Made by a program: the position numbers and the translations under genes. Below the pieces are notes generated by a model. The model had not been told where the DNA came from. It saw nothing but the letters and a program-made list of their open reading frames with translations, and did no database searches. This document shows positions 51,947-64,000 of a DNA stretch of 64,000 nucleotides, in pieces. The stretch is from Lepidodermella squamata (taxonomy: Eukaryota > Animalia > Gastrotricha): contig JBLDXI010000029.1 in the NCBI GenBank assembly GCA_047495785.1, forward strand, positions 2,170,001-2,234,000, given 5' to 3'. How positions within the stretch are numbered: position 1 is the stretch's first letter; each line of letters starts with the position of its first letter.

Positions 51947-54352
51947 CTAGCAATTACTGGCTGTGCCAGGCCTTCTTATTTCAATCATTGGAACATTGTT
52001 CGAAAGAGTTGCGACCGTGCCGTGAATCTGTTCTTCCGGAACATAATGAACTGTTGGTTCCCGTTTTCTATTTAAAGGAATAATTGAATGGATTAATGAC
52101 TAATCAAGTTTCTCTACTTACCTGTTGCACTGATATACCGCGAGTAACAACAGAAGACCTGCAATCACAAATGCTACCCCGCATGCTGCGAAGAGAACAT
52201 CATCGTAATGATTTGAACTGTCTTCGATCTGAGGGCCAAACGTGTTTCCATTGACCCTAGAAGGAAAAGTTACTAAGAAAGATTTCCTGAATCTTCTTGA
52301 AATACCTCGATCGATTGCTGCCTGGAGTTGATGGAGCAGTAACGTTATAGGGAAGTCTGAATTCAAGAAATTACATTATTGCCACAGAAGCTTCTAAGTC
52401 CATCATGAAATTACTTATATCCAGAGTAGCTTTGCGTTCCGTATAGCAGCAACTGCCACTGACTGATAGTTCCTTTATTAGTATTATTTCTCGCATTGGA
52501 TATTTCGATCTTCCAAGAACCGAAGGAATTCTCGCCCCAAAACTGGACAGACGTAAAGGACCAATTTGAGATCTTTGCTCGTTGACAGTCATTAGTCCTT
52601 GGCGGTAAAATTCTTGAAGCAGTTCCGCTTGGTGATACTAGAACAATATTCAGGTCCCCACGACAGGTCATCTCAGCAGTTATCTGAAGCTGGACATGTT
52701 CCAGATGAAAAACAGAATTCTCCCTACCATTATCACAAGTCTTCATATCAGCAGTTAGCAAGGTTTTCCCATTCGGAACATGCAGGTAAGTTGCTTGATT
52801 TCTCACAGATCGACAAATCAATTGCTCCGGTACGTTTTGCCACAACAATGCGTGCTCAACAAGAGCGAGTCCATCCAAGAGACCGAAACCATAGCGGCTG
52901 CTAACCTTTTTTCCAACTCTACAATAAAATTAAGAATTACGCGCGGAAAATGAATCAGTGGGCAAGTAGACATACCCGTTTATAATCCATTCAGCATCGA
53001 GAAGTGGTGATTTTCTCGAAGTTTCCACAATTATATGCTGAACATCTCGCCATGACAATCGAGGATTTGCCTCAAGCATAAGAGCAAACATGCCTGCAGC
53101 CAGAGCAGCTGATGCCGATGTGCCAGAATGCGAATTGGTGCAGCTATTGTTAACATCCGTCGTTACTATCTGCCGATCAGTTTCTGAATTACCAGAACTG
53201 TATGTTGTCGTAAGGGTCGATGCGCATTCCTCGAGATACCAAGGCTTCAGACCTTTCTCCGTTGTCGAGCTGACGGAAATCGTGTAAATCGAACTTGCGT
53301 ATCCGTCAAACGCGCAACTGTCCTCGTAAGCTCCGCCGTTACCCGAGGCCCAAACGTAAATGCTTCCAAGACCACCCCGGCCATTTGTAACACCTTGGAG
53401 CAAGGCTTTACTCGCTAGTACGCCTGGCATGTCTAGAGATCTGCCGTCATCATTTGGCCCCCAACTTGCCGAGTAGATATCGACGTGTTGGGGGTTGTGT
53501 GAAAGAGCCGCGGCTTCAATGGCGTCGGTTATTGGCCCATCAAGCATGCGAACCCCGCCGATTCTGGCGTTGAAAGCTGCCCCAACGGAGCATACGCTGT
53601 TATTAGCAGTTGCCACTATCTCGCCGGCACATCTTGTTCCGTGGTGATTCGGTTTAGCTACGTCCAATCGTGGTGTTGGGTCGCTGTCATTGCCGTTCAG
53701 GTCCCAGCTAGCTGCTGGGTCATAGTTCCTGGCCAAATCGGGATGATCCTTCTCCAAACCTTTAAATGTAAGTTATTTCCAAATTGAGATAAAAATTCGA
53801 ATTCTAACCATCATCTAAAATAGCCACGACAACATTCTTCCCTGTGTATCCTTTCTGCCAAACTTGTTGCACATTCATGCCGAGTTCGCCATCTTGAGCT
53901 AGATGCCACGTGTTTGGCCATTGAGGATCATTGAAACTAACAAGTGATCTCTTCACCCTTTTCTTAGGAATTTGCAGCTCGTAGAAACCAACTTCATCGT
54001 GCACTTTCAATTTGCTGTCAACTTGGGATAGCCATTCGACACTGTGTCGAATTATTTCTCGTTTCGAGAGTCTGTTTGAGCTGTTAGTTGCCGCTTTCAG
54101 GAAAGGAGGTATGCCTTCGAAGATGAAGGCATTAAGAGATCCAACCTAAAATTGTTCGTATGCTTGTGTGGTTGTATATCAAGATTTACCTACCTGTCCT
54201 TTAAAGGTAAGCCCGACTTCTTGAGCTATTTTCTTAGCATTATCTATACCACCTTCAACCTCAATTGCCCATTGTTGTAGCGGAAATGATGAGACCAGCG
54301 TTGATAGTGATATCACAAATAAAATAGCGAAAATACTTAGCAATGAACGCAT
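51947..54352 (-). CDS. Furin-like subtilisin/kexin proprotein convertase with P domain and TM, without a Cys-rich domain
   Basis: Signal peptide, prodomain [12 protein letters not shown] autocleavage site, catalytic [27 protein letters not shown]; P domain LEHVQ..RGDL..LVSPSGT; [23 protein letters not shown]; TAG at 51949-51947. Confidence 0.92.
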
Positions 54353-54782
54353 ATTTAGGTGAGAATAATTTTTTACTTTAATTCAGCTAGTGCTTAGTTT
54401 TATTTTGCGACTTGTCTCACATCGTAATCTTAGTTGTCACGCAAAATGTAGAACATCTGTAGTGCTCTAGGAATCATCGGTACATTTCTTTTACAAATTT
54501 AGGTCTAAATTTTCGGAATGAATGAGGAAGGTATGAGCATGTATTTTCTGAATATTCTCAGAGACATTGGCAACTTCTAGGTTTTGTAAACCCCGCCCAT
54601 CCCCAGCTTCGACAGATTTAACCCACATGATAACCTTTGTTATATCAACTTGAAATTGCTATGAAAAAAGCCGGCACAACCAACAAGACTATAATGCTGT
54701 GATTTATAGTTTTATCGTACGAAACATCTATCACTGCGTAGTAGGACTGTCATAAGGCAAAGAAGTCATTTTGGTGAGTTTC

Positions 54783-55450
54783 TCATCTGGATGACGTTGA
54801 ATTTGCCAAAGCCTGGGCTGCCAGTGTTTCCAAGATTGCAGCCTCGCTGCGCAGTTGAGATGCTCGGTCATCGTCGACCCGACATCCGGAAGCAATGTGG
54901 CTTTCGATAATTTCCCAGTTCTTCTTCGTAACATCTCGCAGGCTGACAATAGCTTCGAGCAACGCTTTCTTTTTCCGCTGCATCTCATCAACTTGTTTCG
55001 TCAATTCCTCAATCATCTTCTGCTTCTTTTCACGACACCTTCTAGCCGCTTCGCGATTTTTCCCCTTCTTGATTTCCACTGGATCGTCCTGCTGAAAACG
55101 TTAACATAAATTTGATGTTAATAAAATTCAAAATTATCACTCACATCGGTAATTCCGACCATGTTCAAGTTGGAGCAAGATGACTGTCGGCTGCTCATTG
55201 CAGATGAAGCAGTTGAGAAACCGGATGTTCCTGAGTAATCGGCATCACTCGCTGTTCCTTTGCTGCTAGTTTCACTGATTTGACGGCCTAGCAGCTTAAA
55301 AACCTCATTCATCACCGGTGTATCGATGACTTTGCTGGTAGCATCGCCCATTACTCGGTCCCAATCCTCGACCAACCCGTCAGTCAGCGAGCTCTGTCGC
55401 ACAATCAGTTGGGGCAAAGGTAGGGAAGCTGGTCTTCCTATATCAGACAT
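54783..55450 (-). CDS. Fos/ATF3/JDP2-like bZIP transcription factor (2 exons)
   Basis: Basic region KNREAARRCREKK, a zipper, then H-x4-C (ESHIASGC); intron GTGAGT...TTTTCAG at ~55145-55093. Confidence 0.8.
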
Positions 55451-56226
55451 TATTCAAAATTCTCACCGCGCGTTGTAAAAAATGTTGGTGAAATGACGAA
55501 GGTTGTGAAAAAACGTGCTTAAGTACAACGAGAAACGTGTGAGCATAAAAAATTGTCGCTACATGGGGAAATGCTGCATTCTTCTTACGTTAAAATGACT
55601 CATCTTCGAAATACAACGGAAGTTAGGCAACAAATTTTGAGTCCGCTGCCAAGCTTCTTGTTATTTTAGGCTGCATACTTTTTGAAGAAAGATCTTCGGT
55701 CAAGAATGAACCTTTCCCTGACGAAAGATTCAACTGTCCAAAACTGACACTAGCCATTTGCTAAACCTTCAATACCGCCCTAGCGGGAGTTGAGGCTACA
55801 GTCACTCGAATCCAGGACTTCGCTGCCTTCAAAATTAGAGTATGCCAAATGGGTGTTAAAGAGCGTTATGTTGCATGTATGGAGCATATACTGCGGGATG
55901 TTGACAATATTTTTTAATAAATGAGTTCCATCCGGAAAGTTGTATGGCTTGACAGGACTACAATTTTGGTTTCACATTTGGCCAAGCAACAACACTTCGC
56001 ATCTACACGAAAAATGACACGATGTAGGGTTCTGATGAGTCATCAACCAAATTATTACAACATTTTTATTAAAACGGATGAAACAATGGATGCGAAATTT
56101 TCAACTTCATTTTCTCTAACATACTAGAAAAAGTAATAACTTTTATATATGAATGACACGACACTTTTGGTGGCGGTTCAGCTAAACCTTGGGGGTTAAC
56201 CGCAGTTTTCGAGGTTAACCGAGACT

Positions 56227-59200
56227 TTAGCTCCCATCGCAGTTGTAGCCATCGATCGGATCATGGGACCCAAACGGGCATTTGCAAGCCACCTTGAAAT
56301 TCGGCATCGGAATGCAAATATGGCTGCAAATTATCTTTTGATCCGGGTGATGGCATGGGGTCGTAAAATTGCCCTTATCATCGTGCTCGCGGCTGAAAAC
56401 GGCCAGGCCGTTGAGACCGGTGAAAAACGACCCGCCAATGACGCCCTTCTTTTGTTTGGTTTTCAAATCGAAAACGTGGACACCGCGATGTTGCCAATCA
56501 GTCGCTAGCAGGTAGTTGCCATACACCTGAACGCCGTAGATGAACGACGGGTCTTTATCGCTTCCCTCAGTTGCGAACAGCTGCGGGCCGTTTTCGATGT
56601 TTTTCAGCTCGACGTACATAATCGAGCGATTTTGGCCGGTTGAGAAGTAGAGACGGTCGGTTTCGTAGTCGATCGATAGTTCGTAAATCCAGGGCACGGT
56701 TTTCGTCTTGTCCTGGCCGGTCGCTGAGAAGTAGACGACTCGGGTGCAGTTTTGGCCGTTCGGGAAGCAGCGCATAATAGCGGACCAGGTGCTGGGCTGG
56801 GCATTCGAGCCGCTAGCAGTCGCTGGGGTAGTCACGTTTCGAGTAGCAAAGTAGATGTGCCTTGAATAGAAAAAAATTGTCCATAATGAATTAATAATTC
56901 AGTAATTTATGATCACGCAAATATTTGAAAGTTACTGGCAATGTGGATAGATTTTCAGCTTTTCATAGCAAAACGATGGAACCCGGGATTTATTTCACAT
57001 CAAATTATCCATCTAAAATTATTTCTATCAGCTCTGTTTTGAAATGAAAATCAAGGTGGCATGAATTTATTTGAGAAAATCTTGTTTTGGGACCCCATGG
57101 TTTCTTTTTAATGGTCAAAAATTATTCAATTAAATGGATTTTTCAATGAATTTTTGAATCGACGTTCCTACGCTTACACCCATCTAAAATTAAAATCCAC
57201 CAATGCGTGATAGCAGGGCATCTACCTGAAAATTTTCGGTGAAAAAAGCAAAATTAGGGACACAATAAACACGTCGCCAAGAATTTAAATCGCAGGTCTT
57301 TTCTTCTCTTTGCTTCAAAATAAAACCCACATTTCTAATCATTAATCTCGAAACTAGCGGTTGCATAGGCAACACAGAGTCTAAAATTACCGGCTGATAA
57401 TTCAGCGTTTTTAGATTGCAAAAAATCCGGAAAAATATTTAAAAAATCTCAGAATAAGCAGGAAAATTACAAATCAACTTGCCGACCTTAGCTTGCAATT
57501 TCTAATCTAAAGATGGGAAATGTTGGAGAAAATATCAGAAGAATACTTTAACCCTCAGCAAATTTATTCTTTTCGTCAGCAAGTGTTAACCGATTAATAA
57601 TTAATAATTTATACTATTAGTTGCAATGAGTTAGAGCCATTACAACGCGCTTAGCAAGTTTTTTAGCAGCAATTTTATAGCAAATGTTTCGCCTAATCCA
57701 GTGCTCCGCAAACTGTTTTCACCGTCGGCATTTTTGGCGGCCGGAAAGCCTTAGGCCGCAGGTGCGATTAGACTGACGCCCGCACTGACATTGATGCTCT
57801 TTCATCGGCCGCACAGCTTTTTCAAGCTTTGTTAAATTTTTCTTTAACAAATTTTCGCTCGCGAGAGTTTGATTACGCTTAGCTAAGGCAGGTTTATTAG
57901 TTTCCACAGGCCTTGAAATCGTCAACGACACATAAGCCAACTGCTTCGTTACAAGTAAAGACTAGTAAAGTCAAGAGAAGCGATTTCTGCGATGGTACCA
58001 AAACCTTTTTACTCAACGGGCCACTGTTGTGACTCGCGGATTCAGGGTGCGAGGAAGTACCGGGGTGATGGGGCGTCGCGACACCCCAGCTTTGAGATGC
58101 CAATCACAGGAATAAAAAAAACCGCGTGTCCCTCGGCTGAGGACTCGGGGCGAACTTCCTCGACGACCGATGACAGCGATGATCCAGAGACCTCCAGTGC
58201 GGGTCCGGCCTTTCGCGATCGAACTGGGACGGTCTGAGCCACTCAGGGAAACAGCTCGGTACTCACCCGGAATCTCATCAATTCGGACGATTTGTTGAAT
58301 GGATGCATAATTTTCGGCAAGCCTTCACACAAACAAGCACGCGCGTGACAAAAATTCGAAAAATAATAATTTGAAAATTATTAACACTTGCTGAGGAGAA
58401 AAATACGTTTGCTGAAGAAATAAAATAGGTTCTGACGAAAACAGAAGTTGCTGAACAAAAACACAATTTTCTGAAGAAAAGAATAAATTTGCTGAGAGAA
58501 AAAGGTAGGTCCAAATATCACAATACCAAGTTTTTCAAATTTTGACTATCAGTCCAGCTATTTCTCAAATTTAAATTTTTTTGTAAAGATGATCATTGCC
58601 AATAATATTCGTTAATTTCTGATTTTTCGAAACTTTAAATTTCACATTTTAAAATAACTATTCAATTCTTCATCATTTACATTCGATCTGGTCTCCGGTC
58701 CATGACAACGCCGTAGAAACTGGTGTATTGATCGGCTTGATACAGGATTGTCGTGTAATTTTTACTTTCCATGTCAAAAGCGGCGACATAGTGACCCTCG
58801 CGGTGGGTGTAGAACAGCAAGCGCGATTCGTGGTCGACAAACAGACCGTACACTTTGTTGCCTGTAGCCAGGAAAATTTCAAAAATATAATTAGAAACGA
58901 TAAAACAAATATGCAGCGCTAATTATTGGAGGTCAGTCGCTAGTATTGTTATTAAGGTGGCTGCTAATTATCGATCACCGTCGACCGCCCACATCCGGTA
59001 AAGCACTCAGCCGCCCGTTGTTAAGCAGCGCTACTGGCTTAATAAAAGCAGCTCGAGGCCATCGATGTCTCTCATTTGACAACAACAGGAAGATTGAATT
59101 CAAATGAAATACAACAAAATGAGAGGAAGTGTGACATTTCACATCCAGGGTCTGATAATTAAAAGGCACGACAATTACAGCAAGCTAAAGCGTTTGCAAC

Positions 59201-62200
59201 GCAAATTAAGCTGAATTTGATTGAAAATTAAAAGGCGGCTCTAAAACTAGAAGCCTCAACTTTCAATCAACTCGCAGAGTACAACGTTTAGAAATGAGAA
59301 AATAATCAGGATTCTGATTTCAACACGTCGTTGATTGCCAATAAGTAATTAAAGATAATTGAGATTACGCCAAAATTAGTTTTCAACCAAAAATTCAGTC
59401 CGCAGTCCGAAGGTAATAAATGAATTTAAATTCGAAAATGAATTTATTATTTTTCGAGATATAGCGATAAGAACCCAATTTTTTGTTTATTTCAAAATTT
59501 GCAAAAAAATCGATAATTTCAATTTTTAATTCCTATTTATGTGTTGGCTATATAATTTTCAGAAATTCCGCCTTTCAAATAATTCACTGGATTTCGCCAC
59601 TTCGGACTGCAACAAAGGCTTAATCTTAAACTTCATCATCGAAATTCAAACTTGAAAGTATGAAAGAAGGCGCACGAAAAGCAATTCATAGGTTACTTCA
59701 TAGCTTTCAACGCTTTTTGATATCAATTCCGTTGCCTTTCGAAAAAACCTGACTTGTCAACGTCATGCGGGTTGCAGCTATAGACAACAATGCATACATA
59801 CATTATACGTGAATGAACAAGGCATGTCGTTGTTATTAATTGATTATTCAACAATAGCGATGTTACGATAACCCCTGTATTGTAACGTTTTCACCCCGCG
59901 CGTGATTTGCATTAAGGCCGCGCATCACTCACCTAGGTGAACCACAGTCTCCTCCATGTGACCCTGGTCAGGATCGCGCGCCATTTGCGTCTGCGGGTTC
60001 ACGCGGATTATCGAGCCGCGTTCATGATCGCCGAAATATATATCCGACGTGAGGGCGTCGAATGCGACCGAGTACGGCCGCGCCTTAGCGTGGATGAACA
60101 GCGCGGACAGGTTGTTTTGAACCGTGAATGAAAAGTCGCCTTTTGCCGACTGTTCCACGGTGTTCAGCGGCAGCATGAATATTTTATGGCGATAGTCGTC
60201 GACGCTGATAATCGCGCCATCGTTAAGCAGGTCGATGGGCCGCGGAGCGCAGTGCCGATGGTCCGGCATGAGTACCATGCCGTCGGTACACGCGCAGTGC
60301 GACGTGCAGGCATTGCTGTTCCACGAGGCGAGGCACAAATGCTCGCATCGGCCGTGCTCCAAATCGGCGCAAATGTCCTGGTACGCTGTAAATTTGAAAC
60401 GATAATTAAAAATTAAACTGATCAGGTCGCGGCTTGTTTAATCAAATATGATCGTGACTCGAGCGATGTTAACATAAAAAATTAACGGAGGATCGCTGCT
60501 ATAGCAGAGTTGAGCGTGGTATCGTTCAGCTGAACGGCTCAATATTCATATTTAAAAGCAACGTTAGATCCTCAAAAGTTGGATTGTATGAAAGTCAAGA
60601 AACCTATTATAGGTATTGAATAATTTCAATGATTTTTGAAAACGTGTTTAAAATTTAAAAATAAATTGATCAGAAAATTCATAAAACGTGAAAGAAATTA
60701 CAGAATTGTTGTGGATGCTTTCGATAAAGCGAAAAAAGATAAAACTAGGGAATTTCGGCTATTATTTAAAAATAATTTTGGTTTTCTAGTGATCACTTCC
60801 TGAAACTTCGCTAAAATTTCAGCAAGCTATTTCTATATCAGAGCATCACGAATTTTGGTCAATATTTAGATAAATCATTGAAATTGCATAGCAAAATTGA
60901 TGTGAATTATCTAATTAAAATTGTTGAAAATACTAACCAAGATTTGATGGATTTGTGTTGATCTCAGCTTGCGTATCAGTGCTCGCATTTCGGAACAAAT
61001 ACGGATTCACAACAGCTAGTGATTTGATAGGTCCACGCGGTAGGGTAACTTTCCGCAACTGAATCTCCTGGTCGACAGCCGCGCCCATCGAGTTCGACGT
61101 GTACAACTTCAAATCCGAATTCGACCAGGACGAGAACATCAAAATACGCTGGTAGACTGCAAATTGCGAGACATTAGCAATAGCGAATTGCGAATACGCT
61201 ATTGTTGGTTGTTGGCATTGGGAAAACGGCGGCAGACGGCGTAGATTGTACCAACCGAGTCTATTCGCCGGCTGCTCCAGGAACAACAGGGTGGTATTTG
61301 CGTAGGACACCTGCATTTGAGCAACATTGCCTTGAACAGTTCCTAGAACACACTCGCCAGTTGCGTCGAGGTTTAACTGACTGATCGTGCTCAAATTTGT
61401 CGCGTTCGAATAAGTAGCCCAGTACAATTTTCGTCGCATCGCGTCAACGACCAGGCTGGTGATATTAACGTCCTCCTTAATCAAAGCAGGGAAGTGATAG
61501 TTATCTCTCAAAACCACTAAGCTGCGAGAAGATTGATCAGCGATATAGAGATTTCGGCCAAGCCAATCGAAAGCTAAGGCAACAACTGAATTTCCCGAGT
61601 AGAAAACTTCCGATTCATCCGGGGCCCCGTCATTCATCATTCCTAGCGTAGGAATAGATATCCAGTCGAAAACTTGACTAGCCTGGCGTAGCCGCAGGTT
61701 GTAAATCGCGGCTGGCATGTGATTTTGCTGGACGGCGTAAATTCGATAGGCAAAGTGGTCTGGTTCCATGATATTGTACTGCTTTTTACCTGAGGAATTT
61801 ACAGAAAACGCACCTTAATATTTGAAATTGTTTAAATGTTGGCAGCAGAGAAAGGATGTTAAAAAAACAAAACAGAAAAGAAAACTTTGTAGTCGCAAAT
61901 TTAAAATTAAACTGTTAGGTATTAGGTACTAGAAAATAAATCGACTTTACATATTTTGAAGCTTTGCATAGCTTTACTTATTAGCAATAAGGCCGATGGA
62001 TTTTGATTTCTTAAAGCATTGTAGGCCGGGTTTGCAGGGTCAAAGTACAACTCTAAAAATAGCGCGTGACGGTTAAAAATAGCACTATGTACTCTGTAAC
62101 GTTCTATGTGTAGCCTTATTGTTCAAATTTTCGTCATTTTTTTAAACTATTTTAGAAATTCCACTATTAAAATAACCCAGCTTTCTCAAGCTACTTTTCA

Positions 62201-64000
62201 ATAATCTGGAGAATCTGGAGAATTTGAAAAATTATTCTAACAACTAGCTGCATTATTTCAATAGCGTGAATCATGCTTTGGATTTTGACCTTACGAAACC
62301 CCGCTAGGCCTAGGCTAGTCTCGTAGGCCAAGGCTAGGCCTATTCGCACCTGCCCAGTTGAGGTCTAGCCCTAGGCTAGGCCTGGTAAAAATGGCTCGAA
62401 ATTGTTAGGCCTGCAATAGGCCTACTTATGTTTCTGTCGGCCTAGGTTAGGCCTAGGCATTGCATGAAGCCGATTGGTGTATTGTGTATTTATGACTTGT
62501 GTATTTGTAATTATTAGTGTATTGTGTATTAATGTATTTGTGACATTGCGGCCTGCAATGAAAAAATAGCCTGGTCAATCTTGATATAATTTAAAACCAT
62601 GCCATAGCCGATTTTTTTTCATTGTCAAACGTAAATTTGTGATGGCCATAGAGAATAGAACCTATTCTCTAACTCTATTCTCTATGGTGATGGCAATTTA
62701 CGGTTCCTAATAATTCCATTGTGGAACCGCTGGTAAGTTGAACTTTGGCGCGCACGCTGATTGGTCAATTTATCGTTGCTAGTGACTCCGGAATTAAACA
62801 ATTTAGTCGTGCGATCCACTAATAAATTATTTTATATTTATGCAAAAAATGACCTTGCCACACCCTCTGCACGGTTTCCATTGACCACGAGCGTAAACTC
62901 CATATTAATGGTGGTAAATTGCTGCGGCAAAATACACTTGTTGCAAAAAATCTTATGGATCGCACGACCAACATGTTTCATCCGGGAGTCATAGCAACGA
63001 TCGATTGACCAATCAGCGTGCGCATTGGATTGGACTTTGAAGTGGTCACACAATGTCATTTAAATAATCTGTATCCGCTTAAAGAAATTGAACACCAAAA
63101 ACACGTTCAATTTTTCATTCAAATTCTTTAAAATAATTTCTGATCTTCTCTCGAATCGTCAAATATTTACCATTTTGAAAGCAGTAGTCTGCGTCGAATG
63201 GGCTGGGGCCGATCTGCGACGACGGCTGGCCTATGGTGTCAAGGCTGTGGTAGCAAATTTTGTCCAGAGTGGTGTAAACAATAACGGGCGAGGCGGGTTG
63301 CGTATTGTTGACATAACACTCCTTCACCGTGTTATTCCACGAGTAGCCGTCCGGGCACAGGCAGGTGGCGACTCCCTTGATGTTCGTACACATGAACTGA
63401 CAGTTTGCACTAGAGCAGTTCACTATATACACCAGAAAAATCAGCACTCACTGATCAAAAATTACGGCAAATATAACTCACGTTTTTGAGTAACAGCCGG
63501 AAACGGCTGGTAGCTGGAAAGCGCCCGAAATTCGCCATTCAAAGTGCGTGAATGACGCAGCTCTAGATTAGAACAGCACGAACCGTCAGCTTTAGGCACG
63601 ATCGAATATACAAAAATCGAAGAAACAGAATGCACGAGATCGACAACGGCCAAAAACATGAATCTGCTCTCGTACAGCTGAATGCTGCCAACTCGGCTGT
63701 TGAAAATAGTGTAGTTTTTGTGCGCTGTAATGTCGAATTTCGCAACAATTCTTCCGTGATAATCCAGCACAAATACACTGGTCGCAAAAGCTGCCCAGAC
63801 GCTGAAAATAATTCAAGAATTACAAATCCAGCTCAAAAATTAGAAAAAACTATTTACTGTTTCTTTTGGAAATCGACAGTCAACGCTCCAGGGAGCATCA
63901 AATCTGGGTTGATATCCGAATTGTCATTTGAAAAAACGGTGGGCGGGAAGTCGTAGATCTTTTTGCCCTCAGAGCCGTCCATTAAAGTTCTCCAAACGTG
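56227..64000 (-). CDS. Second LRP-like propeller/EGF protein (paralogue of 45293-50949); 5' part outside window; ends after the last EGF
   Basis: Colinear with the first copy (WSAIMRC, PWIY, YF.TGQNRSI, FDWLGRNLYIADQ, DDYRH.I..PLN, C.NIKG.A.CLCPDGY); stop after DGYNCDGS at 56229-56227; several introns of 0.5-1.8 kb. Confidence 0.85.
57552..58498. mobile_element. TIR element with subterminal ~20-bp repeats and a GC-rich decayed interior, inside an intron
   Basis: CTCAGCAAATTTATTCTTTTC (57554) is inverted at the right end (GAAAAGAATAAATTTGCTGAG, to 58496); TCAGCAAGTGTTAA is inverted at 58381; six TT(G)CTGA-led repeats at 58388-58496; termini CCC/GAG with AA on both sides (possible 2-bp TSD). 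Confidence 0.65.
62025..62304. mobile_element. Possible MITE with an imperfect ~20-bp TIR and TAG flanks
   Basis: GCCGGGTTTGCAGGGTCAAA versus TTTGACCTTACGAAACCCCGC; TAG on both sides; several mismatches. Confidence 0.4.
62303..62457. repeat. Cluster of palindromic TAGGCCTA / CTAG repeats
   Basis: About ten degenerate copies of (C)TAGGC(C)(TAG) within 155 bp, followed by a TGTAT-rich simple repeat (62478-62541). Confidence 0.7.
62647..62686. mobile_element. 40-bp micro-transposon (8-bp TSD class, P/hAT-like)
   Basis: Perfect 13-bp TIR CATAGAGAATAGA / TCTATTCTCTATG with a 14-bp spacer; perfect 8-bp TSD GTGATGGC (62639-46, 62687-94). Confidence 0.85.

Noticed and set aside
59402-59610. 11-bp inverted repeat GCAGTCCGAAG as a MITE
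   Set aside because: Short, with no target-site duplication.

Overview
Gene-dense nuclear DNA from a compact animal genome (species not identifiable from sequence alone). It uses the standard code and has mostly ~45-60-nt GT-AG introns, so the ORF track fragments most genes; the models below were spliced by hand. Left to right: partial GABA-B-like class C GPCR (-); astacin-EGF-CUB-kringle-2xC-type-lectin protein with a destroyed zinc site (+); intronless coiled-coil tail-anchored orphan (+); two tandem trefoil-GH31 alpha-glucosidases (+); ANO8-like anoctamin (+); two convergent intronless GABA-B-like receptors; a rearranged 24.7-30 kb zone (scrambled receptor fragments, two small spliced secreted-peptide genes, a TIR element, a nested inverted duplication); a third GH31 (-) with TE-expanded introns; HYKK-like kinase; a Rab-like GTPase spliced in frame to a BIG/Sec7 Arf-GEF; tRNA-Gln(CTG) followed by U3 snoRNA; PqaA/AprA-family protein; SLC16-like transporter; membrane-anchored four-propeller LRP-like receptor; furin-like convertase; Fos/ATF3-like bZIP; and a partial, apparently secreted LRP-like paralogue with TE-filled introns. 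Best candidates for something new: the degenerate-Rab/Arf-GEF fusion joined through a 13-nt microexon, a hidden KR-processed CxxxC...CxxxC peptide gene, and the tRNA-U3 tandem. No database searches were run; family calls rest on recognised motifs.
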